The notes under the pieces are model-generated. The model was not told the origin of the DNA. It saw only the letters and a program-made list of their open reading frames with translations, and did no database searches. This document shows positions 57,463 through 64,000 of a stretch of DNA of 64,000 bases, in pieces; position 1 is the stretch's first letter; the number at the start of each line of letters is the position of its first letter. The stretch is taken from the NCBI GenBank assembly GCA_963781585.1, contig CAWAGQ010000003.1, positions 128,001-192,000 on the forward strand, given 5' to 3'. The translations under genes and the position numbers were made by a program. This DNA comes from an uncultured Gemmatimonadaceae bacterium (GTDB taxonomy: Bacteria; Gemmatimonadota; Gemmatimonadetes; Gemmatimonadales; Gemmatimonadaceae).

Positions 57463-59265
57463 TCACGCGCCGACGCCCACCTCGCGACGGCCCGTCTGCA
57501 GGGCGTGAAGGCGCGCATACAGGCCATCGCGGGCCATAAGCTGATCGTGGGTTCCGCGATCCACGATGCGCCCGCGGTCGAGAACCAGGATCTGCGTCGC
57601 GTTGCCAACCGTCGACAGGCGATGCGCGATGACGAACACCGTGCGCCCGGCGAGCAGGCGGTCCACGGCCTCCTGAACGAGCCGTTCGGACTCGGTGTCG
57701 AGCGCCGACGTCGCTTCGTCGAGGATGAGGATCGGCGGGTCGATGAGCAGCGCCCGGGCGATCGCGATCCGCTGGCGCTGTCCGCCCGAAAGCCGCGTGC
57801 CGCGCTCGCCCAGCAGGGTTTCGTATCCGTCCGGGAGCTCGAGAATGAATTCGTGCGCGTTGGCCGCGCGCGCGGCACGTGTGACCTGTTCGTCGGTGTA
57901 CCTGGTGCCGGAGCCGTAGGCGATGTTGTTGCGCACCGAATCGTTGAAGACGACGGTGTCCTGATTCACGATCCCGGTCAGGGCGCGGAGCGAGGCGAGG
58001 CGGATCTCGCGGGTGTCGACGCCGTCGAACAGGATGCGGCCGCGGCTCGGCGTGAAGAACCGCGGGATGAGATCCACCAGGGTGCTCTTCCCCGCTCCGC
58101 TCGGCCCGACCAGGGCGATCACGTCGCCCCGGCGCGCGCGGAAGGAGACGTCGGAGAGCACCGGTTCGTCGTCGTATGCGAAGGTGACGTGCTCGAACTC
58201 GATGCTCTCGGTCAGCGCCGTCAGCGTCCGACTGCCCTGATCGGTCGCATATTCGGTTGGCGTGTCGAGCACCTCGAACACCCGCTCCGCCGCGGCCATG
58301 GATTGCTGAGCCACCGTGGGGACCTGTGAGAGCTGCTTCAGCGGCTGCAGCATGCGCAGCACCAGGGCGAGAAATGCGATCAGCATCGCGCCAGAGATGG
58401 CCTGCGCCATGACCTCCCGAGCGCCGAGGAGCAGGATCGTTACGGCGATCGCGGTGCCGACCGTTTCGGTGATAGGCTGGGCGAGAAACGAGATGCGTGT
58501 CACGCGGACCATCCCCTTCGAGTAACGATCGCTCGCCACGCGGAATCGTCCCTCTTCGTACGACTCGCCGCTGAACGACTTCACCAGCCGGATGCCGCTC
58601 ACGCCCTCCTGCACGACCGCCGTCATGTCGCCGAACTGATTCGACAGGCGACGGTGACCCTTTCGCAACCGTCGCAGCAGGGGCTGAAGCAGCGCAATGA
58701 GCAGGGGGGCGATGATCAGCGAAAGCATCGCCAGACGCCAGGAGATCACGAACAGGGCAACAATCGTCGTCACCACCATCGCCGCGCTCTGGAGCGACCG
58801 GGTGACCGATTCGGTGATCATCTGCTTGGTCTGCGTGGTGTCGCTGAGCACCCGCGCCAGAATCTGCCCGGTCTTCATGCGCGTGAAGTACGGCAGCGGC
58901 AGCCGCTGCAGGTGCGCATAGAGGGCATTCCGCAGATCGCGGGTCACGAACTCCTGGAGGGACGCGCCAAACTGACCGCTCAGCCAGACGAACACGTTCT
59001 TCACCGTGACCGCCACGAGGATCACCACGACCACGTTGCGCAGGGACCCCATCGCGTCGGCCGGATTGAGAAACGCGCCGATGAGTCGCTGCTGGAGTTC
59101 CGTGATGCGGACGACCGGCGTCGGCTCGTTGAACAGCGCGCTCAGAAACGGAATGAGCAGGGTGAAGCTGAAGACGTCGAGCACGGCCGCCAGGAGGTTG
59201 CAGACGATCGTTCCCACCATGCGCCACCAGTGGGGGCGGAGGAAGGTCAGCAGGCGCCGGTACAC
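57463..59265 (-). CDS. msbA: MsbA-like ABC exporter (TMD + NBD)
   Basis: Six-TM domain; GPSGAGKS, LSGGQRQ, DEATSALD, AHRLST; lies in an LPS cluster. Confidence 0.8.
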   Translation of the reverse strand: MYRRLLTFLRPHWWRMVGTIVCNLLAAVLDVFSFTLLIPFLSALFNEPTPVVRITELQQRLIGAFLNPADAMGSLRNVVVVILVAVTVKNVFVWLSGQFGASLQEFVTRDLRNALYAHLQRLPLPYFTRMKTGQILARVLSDTTQTKQMITESVTRSLQSAAMVVTTIVALFVISWRLAMLSLIIAPLLIALLQPLLRRLRKGHRRLSNQFGDMTAVVQEGVSGIRLVKSFSGESYEEGRFRVASDRYSKGMVRVTRISFLAQPITETVGTAIAVTILLLGAREVMAQAISGAMLIAFLALVLRMLQPLKQLSQVPTVAQQSMAAAERVFEVLDTPTEYATDQGSRTLTALTESIEFEHVTFAYDDEPVLSDVSFRARRGDVIALVGPSGAGKSTLVDLIPRFFTPSRGRILFDGVDTREIRLASLRALTGIVNQDTVVFNDSVRNNIAYGSGTRYTDEQVTRAARAANAHEFILELPDGYETLLGERGTRLSGGQRQRIAIARALLIDPPILILDEATSALDTESERLVQEAVDRLLAGRTVFVIAHRLSTVGNATQILVLDRGRIVDRGTHDQLMARDGLYARLHALQTGRREVGVGA

Positions 59266-59270
59266 GGGGA

Positions 59271-60878
59271 CTAGTGTGGAGCGCCGGGCGATGGATGGGG
59301 CGTCAGCAGCGCCAGCGGCACGATGCACTCCTCGGGCGTGACCCCTCCGTGGAGGAACGATCCGCGATAGCGGCTCTGGTACTCCCGCAACTTCGTGGGA
59401 TAGACGAAGAACACCCCGTCCACGGCGAGCAGCGTATTGGCGCCGAGCCCGCGGCGCGGGAGCCGCAGCGTGTCTTCGTTCGGGAACAGGAGCGCCAGTT
59501 CGGCGCGCTCGGCCCGCAGGTCCTCGCCGAACTTGTAGCGCAGGTTCGACGTCGCATCCCGCTTGGCGTAGACGGTGGCCGGGGTGGAGCAATGAATGGA
59601 CCCGTGGTCGCTGGTCAGCAGCACCGTGATCCCGCGTCGGGCCGCCTCGCGCAGAACGCCCAGCAGCGGGGACCGCTGAAACCACTGCAGCGTGAGCTGG
59701 CGCAACGCGATCTCGTCGCGCGCCACTTCGTAGAGGATGGCGCTCTCGCTGCGTCCATGCGTGAGGAGATCGACGAAGTTGAAGACGAACGCGCTCACTC
59801 CGTCGTGCCCGATCACGCTCCCAAGCCGACGCTCCAGATCGTCCGAATCGGCGGGCGACGAGATCTTCTCGTAACGAACGGGTGCCTGAACGCCGAGTTC
59901 CGCGAGTTGCGCCTCGAGCAACTGCCGTTCGTGCGCATTCAGGGTCTCATCGTCGCGCTCGCCCCACCAGTCGGGGAACCGCGCGGCGATCTCCCCCGGA
60001 AACAGCCCACTGAAGAGGGCGTTCCGGGCGTACGGCGTGGCCGTGGGAAGAACCGCGAACTGATGCGTCGTTTCCACCACGAACAGGCTGGTCAGCGCGC
60101 TTTCCAGCACCCGCCACTGATCCAGTCGCAGGCAGTCGACCACGATCAGGACGACGTTGCCGTCACGCCGCAGGACCGGCAGCAGAAACTCGCTCACCAC
60201 GTCGATCGACAACGGCGGCCGCGCGCCCTCCAGCTCGCGCAGCCAGCGCGGGTACTCGGCGAACATGAACGCCGCGAATTCGCGATGCATGTCGGGATAG
60301 AGACCCCGCAGCGACTCGTACAGGCCCATCTCCCCCGCTTCGGCCAGCTCGATGTCCCAGCGCACCAGCTCATCGTAGCGCTCCACCCAGCCACGCCAGT
60401 CCAGCACCCGGTCGCGTTCGAGCTCGATGGCGCGAAAGCGGTCCACGAACGAGCGGGCGAGGGCCTGCCGGCGAATCCGCGGCCCCTCGAGAATCCGTGT
60501 CACCACCGACAGGACCTGTCGCGGATTGACCGGCTTGACCAGATAGTCGCTGACCTCGGTGCCTAACGCCTCGCGGAGCACCGCGTCGTCCTCGCTCTTG
60601 GTGACCATCACCACCGGCAGCGCCGGCGCGATCTCCCGCATTTCGCGATAGGCGTCCAGCCCGCGCCTGCCGGGCATCTGCTCGTCGAGCAGCAGCACGT
60701 CGTACGTGTGCCGACGCAGCATCTCGATGGCGTCGTCGGCGTTGGTGGCGACCGCCACGTCGAAACCCCTGTCGGAGAGGAACAGCCGATGCGGCTCGAG
60801 GAGTTCCGCTTCGTCGTCCACCCACAACAGCGACTTGGGCGGGTGCCCGACCTTCGTCGCGAGCCGGGAGAGGGGCAT
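59271..60878 (-). CDS. PorX-like response regulator (REC + PglZ/alkaline-phosphatase-like domain)
   Basis: LLWVDDE...LLDEQMPG...VMVTKSE...KPVNPRQ; DCLRLDQW, LPTATPYARNALFSG, NFVDLLTH, TSDHG, HGGVTPEE. Confidence 0.88.
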   Translation of the reverse strand: MPLSRLATKVGHPPKSLLWVDDEAELLEPHRLFLSDRGFDVAVATNADDAIEMLRRHTYDVLLLDEQMPGRRGLDAYREMREIAPALPVVMVTKSEDDAVLREALGTEVSDYLVKPVNPRQVLSVVTRILEGPRIRRQALARSFVDRFRAIELERDRVLDWRGWVERYDELVRWDIELAEAGEMGLYESLRGLYPDMHREFAAFMFAEYPRWLRELEGARPPLSIDVVSEFLLPVLRRDGNVVLIVVDCLRLDQWRVLESALTSLFVVETTHQFAVLPTATPYARNALFSGLFPGEIAARFPDWWGERDDETLNAHERQLLEAQLAELGVQAPVRYEKISSPADSDDLERRLGSVIGHDGVSAFVFNFVDLLTHGRSESAILYEVARDEIALRQLTLQWFQRSPLLGVLREAARRGITVLLTSDHGSIHCSTPATVYAKRDATSNLRYKFGEDLRAERAELALLFPNEDTLRLPRRGLGANTLLAVDGVFFVYPTKLREYQSRYRGSFLHGGVTPEECIVPLALLTPHPSPGAPH

Positions 60879-61068
60879 GTCTCCGAATGTAGTTGTCGCG
60901 GTTGGCTTTGCCGAGTGCGGCGGGCGGGTCGCCGGCGCCGGGCGTCGTTCCCCACCGGAGCGCGCCGGGCTCCGACACCGTGCCTTGGCCGCGCGCGCGC
61001 GAATCCGCGCCAGAAGAGCGCGACCCCGGCGGACTCGCGACCGGGGCCGCGGAAGTAGATTGTCGGCC

Positions 61069-61470
61069 ATGCGTTCGCTGCCGCCGTACGCGCTCGCCGT
61101 CCCCGAGTTTCGCTTTCGCGCGCTTGCCGCAGTGGCGGGACGCGCAAGCCTGGGCGGCGCGCGGGAGCTCGTGATCGGTGTGCTGCTCGGCGCACGCCTG
61201 ACCGATGGAGTGGTCGGTGAATACCCGCTTCCACTGTCCGTTCGGCAGCAACGTGCGGCCGCGGCGCGCATATGGCTCGGCTCCCTCGCCCTGCCTCCTC
61301 CCACCAGGGCGACCTTGCTGCGACTGCTCGACGCGACCGCCACCAACGACCGGCGCGCGCTCTCCGAGACGTTCGATGCCCTGCTTGCCCTCGCGTCTCC
61401 GGCACTCGACGGGCCATCGCGCAACGAACTGCGACGCGTGTCGGGGACCGTGGTCGTGGAATCAGCATGA
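61069..61470 (+). CDS. Hypothetical helical protein
   Basis: Coding-like sequence MRSLPPYALAVPEFRFRALA...; ATGA-coupled to the downstream gene. Confidence 0.6.
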   Translation: MRSLPPYALAVPEFRFRALAAVAGRASLGGARELVIGVLLGARLTDGVVGEYPLPLSVRQQRAAAARIWLGSLALPPPTRATLLRLLDATATNDRRALSETFDALLALASPALDGPSRNELRRVSGTVVVESA

Positions 61471-62351
61471 CCAACGAAGCGAATCGCGAACAGAGGGCCG
61501 GCCGCACCGCGGCTGGCGCATCCGGTCGCCGCTCCGACACTTCGGTGCTGGTGCGATCCGTGCTCGACGGGAAGCTGATCGGCGACCGGGTTCAAACCGG
61601 GTTTCCGGGGCTCGACACGCTGCTCGGCGGCGGCATCCGTCGCGGAGACGTGGTGGTCCTGGGGGGTGACGCGGGAGTGGGAAAGTCCGCACTCGCTCTC
61701 GCGATCGCCCGACGCGCCGCGGCGCTGGGGCATTCGGTGGGATTCCTCTCCGGGGAAATGTCCCCCGAGCGCGTCGCCGAACGCCTGCTGGCGCTTGAGG
61801 GGCGGGTCAGGGTGGACGACCTGCGTCGGTCGCCCCTGGAGGACGCGACCCATTCCGCCGTGGCTGCGGTGGCCCTGCCGCTCCGCGAACGGGCGCCAGT
61901 CCTGGCCACGATGTCCGACGCCGGCGTCGCGGGTGTGTCGGACTTTCTCGTGGATTACCTGGGCATGGAACTGGTGGTCGTGGATCCGGTGCAGTTTCTG
62001 GCGAATGGCCAGAGCTCGCTGGACGACCAGTTGGCAGGCATTGCACGCGGGCTCAAGGAGCTGGCATTGCGTCGCGCCGTAGCTGTGCTGGCCGTGACGC
62101 ATTTTGGCCGAAGCGTACGCGAGCGGTCCGACCCGCGCCCCGTGCTGGAGGACTTTGGCGGACACGGCGGCATCCGTCAGCAGGCGGACGTGGTCCTTGG
62201 GCTGTTTCGCGAGGAGCTGTATCTCCCCTCACCGCATGTAGAGGGCGCCACCGAACTGCACGTGCTGAAGAACCGGAACGGACCCCGCGGCTTCGTCGAT
62301 CTGTACTTCTACAAGCAGTGGTTGCGTTTCGAAGATGTGATGGAGGAATAG
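61467..62351 (+). CDS. DnaB-like helicase, C-terminal (RecA-fold) domain only
   Basis: TGFPGLD, Walker A GDAGVGKS, SGEMS, RPVLED, KNRNGP; no N-terminal DnaB domain. Confidence 0.8.
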   Translation: MTNEANREQRAGRTAAGASGRRSDTSVLVRSVLDGKLIGDRVQTGFPGLDTLLGGGIRRGDVVVLGGDAGVGKSALALAIARRAAALGHSVGFLSGEMSPERVAERLLALEGRVRVDDLRRSPLEDATHSAVAAVALPLRERAPVLATMSDAGVAGVSDFLVDYLGMELVVVDPVQFLANGQSSLDDQLAGIARGLKELALRRAVAVLAVTHFGRSVRERSDPRPVLEDFGGHGGIRQQADVVLGLFREELYLPSPHVEGATELHVLKNRNGPRGFVDLYFYKQWLRFEDVMEE

Positions 62352-62391
62352 GCCAAAGGCCAGAGGTTGGTGCTCGGAGAGCAGCTCGGAA

Positions 62392-63402
62392 ATGATTCGT
62401 CGCGCCTTCATCGTATTCGCATCGCTGGCCGGACTGGCAACGGGCGCGTGTGCGCCGTCGCCTGCGCCGCCCGGCCCGGCACGTGTGCCGGCCCCGACTC
62501 CGGCTCCGGTACCGGTACAGCCGGCGCCGCCAGTGGTCGTCATGCCGGCCGAGGGCCGAATCGACGTCGGCGCGGCCGGCGCCCTGTGGTACCAGGTCGC
62601 CGGATCCGCCCGTGACACAGTGCTCGTGCCGTTAGGCCTCTACCTGCGTTCCGCGCTCGCACCGCTCGCGAGGTCGCACACCCTCATCTTCTACGACCCG
62701 CGACACCGCGGCCGCTCCGACTCGTACGCCGACACCACCCTGTCCACGCTCGACAACGACGTACGCGACCTCGAATCGGTCCGTGCGGCGTTCCGGATCT
62801 CCCGGGCCGCGATCATCGGGTTCTCCCATTTTGCCGCCGTCGCCGTGGCGTACGCCGCCCAGAATCCGGACCACGTCTCGCGACTCGTCCTGCTGAGCCC
62901 GATCGAACCGACGGACAGCCTTGCCACCGCGTTTGCGCCGCCCGATCGTCGCGCACGGATCGACACGACCGCCGCCCGCCGCCTGCTCAAGATGCGCGCC
63001 GCCGGCCGGGACACGCTGGCGTCGCCGGAATATTGCGAGGCATACTGGCGAGTGAACGCACCGCTGTTCGTGGGCGACACGCTGCACGCCGGACGGCTGG
63101 TGCCGACCTGGTGCCAGTTCGCCAACGAGTCGCCGCGTCGCATGGGTGACCAGATCGCGCGGGAGATGGCATCGTTAGGCGCCGGCTACGATCTGTCGCG
63201 CCTGGCGGCGCGCGTGGCCGCGCCTGCCCTGGTGATCGGCGGAGGCGCCGACCTCATCGTCAACCCGGCGAGTGCCGCGGCGTGGGCACGGCGCATTCCC
63301 GGCGCGCACGCCCTCACGGTGCCGGGCGCGGGGCACTTCCTCTGGCTGGACGATCCAACAGAGGTACTGAACGCGATCGATGGTTTTCTCCGGGGTGGGT
63401 GA
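62392..63402 (+). CDS. Alpha/beta hydrolase lipoprotein (proline iminopeptidase-like)
   Basis: Lipobox TGA-C, Pro-rich linker, YDPRHRGRS, nucleophile elbow GFSHF, GAGHF. Confidence 0.78.
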   Translation: MIRRAFIVFASLAGLATGACAPSPAPPGPARVPAPTPAPVPVQPAPPVVVMPAEGRIDVGAAGALWYQVAGSARDTVLVPLGLYLRSALAPLARSHTLIFYDPRHRGRSDSYADTTLSTLDNDVRDLESVRAAFRISRAAIIGFSHFAAVAVAYAAQNPDHVSRLVLLSPIEPTDSLATAFAPPDRRARIDTTAARRLLKMRAAGRDTLASPEYCEAYWRVNAPLFVGDTLHAGRLVPTWCQFANESPRRMGDQIAREMASLGAGYDLSRLAARVAAPALVIGGGADLIVNPASAAAWARRIPGAHALTVPGAGHFLWLDDPTEVLNAIDGFLRGG

Positions 63403-63682
63403 GACGGCGGCGGATCGTCGGCTCCCGATCCGTGCGGGCGCCCCGATGAACTCCGGTGACTCGAGCGTCCGACGCGGTGGAGGTGAGTCCGAGCCATGAA
63501 CGCGTCGCCCAGGGGGCCGTCGGGCCGTATATTTTCTCAAGCGGTTGGCTATCGGTCAGCTATCGGCGGTCAGCGGTTCTGGGTTGAGTGATGTGTCGTC
63601 ATGCGCCATGAACTGCTTCCTCTGACCTCCAAGCTCTGACCTCCGACCTCCAGTCTACGACATCCGAATCTGAGCAGCACTC

Positions 63683-64000
63683 ATGGCCGGTCACAGCAAG
63701 TGGAAGCAGATCAAGCACTACAAGGCAGCTGCCGACGCCAAGCGTGGTGCGCTCTTCACCAAACTCATCCGCGAAATCACCGTAGCCGCCAAGTCCGGCG
63801 GCGGTGATCCGACCGGGAATCCCAGGTTGCGCACAGCGATCGACGCAGCGAAGGCGGCGTCGATGCCCAAGGACAACATTGAGCGCGCCATCAAGAAGGG
63901 GACCGGAGAGCTCGAGGGTGTCGAGTATTCCGAGATCGTGTACGAGGGCTTCGGGCCGGGAGGCGTGGCGCTGATGATCCAGGCCGTCACGGACAACCCG
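63683..64000 (+). CDS. yebC: YebC/PmpR-family protein (partial, runs off the window)
   Basis: [12 protein letters not shown]...FTKLIREI...NPRLR...[13 protein letters not shown]...[10 protein letters not shown]. Confidence 0.96.
   Translation, partial: MAGHSKWKQIKHYKAAADAKRGALFTKLIREITVAAKSGGGDPTGNPRLRTAIDAAKAASMPKDNIERAIKKGTGELEGVEYSEIVYEGFGPGGVALMIQAVTDNP

Noticed and set aside
59271..62165. 964-aa ORF as one protein or as a BREX PglZ
   Set aside because: The first ~430 codons are antisense to two plus-strand genes. The real protein starts near 60878 with REC-PglZ (PorX) architecture, and no brx/pgl genes are present.

Overview
A GC-rich (about 68% by eye) core-chromosome segment whose gene content and protein style suggest a Gemmatimonadota bacterium (inference). 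In order it carries: two tandem, fully colinear SusC/RagA-type TonB-dependent receptor paralogs; the F1 half of a split ATP synthase operon (atpAGDC); an AraC regulator, a NUDIX hydrolase, mlaF and a sigma70 factor; six tRNAs; a small flagellar-type regulatory module (FlgM-like, sigma54 activator, FliA, FlgN-like) with recognisable sigma28 and sigma54 promoters but no structural flagellar genes; rho, ruvX, mltG, an RlmI-like methyltransferase and mutM; a 14-aa poly-lysine micro-ORF; a stand-alone Cys-type formate dehydrogenase alpha subunit; tdh and kbl; mpg, an NYN/LOTUS protein and yjbQ; an NtrY/NtrX-like operon with four tandem paralogous small membrane proteins inserted between kinase and regulator, followed by an Omp85-like and a DUF4390-like gene; an HNH nuclease, ilvE, an amidohydrolase, PBP1A and tyrS; an LPS cluster headed by a PorX-like REC-PglZ regulator; a degenerate DnaB C-terminal paralog, a hydrolase lipoprotein and the start of yebC. 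I found no mobile element, CRISPR array or rRNA. The most notable signals are (1) an over-represented octamer, CGTTAGGC/GCCTAACG, that forces rare codons inside genes, (2) the four-paralog membrane-protein array in the two-component operon, (3) the MAAKKKKAAKKKKK micro-gene, and (4) the FliA/FlgM circuit without flagellar genes. All family assignments are by motif recognition; no searches were run.
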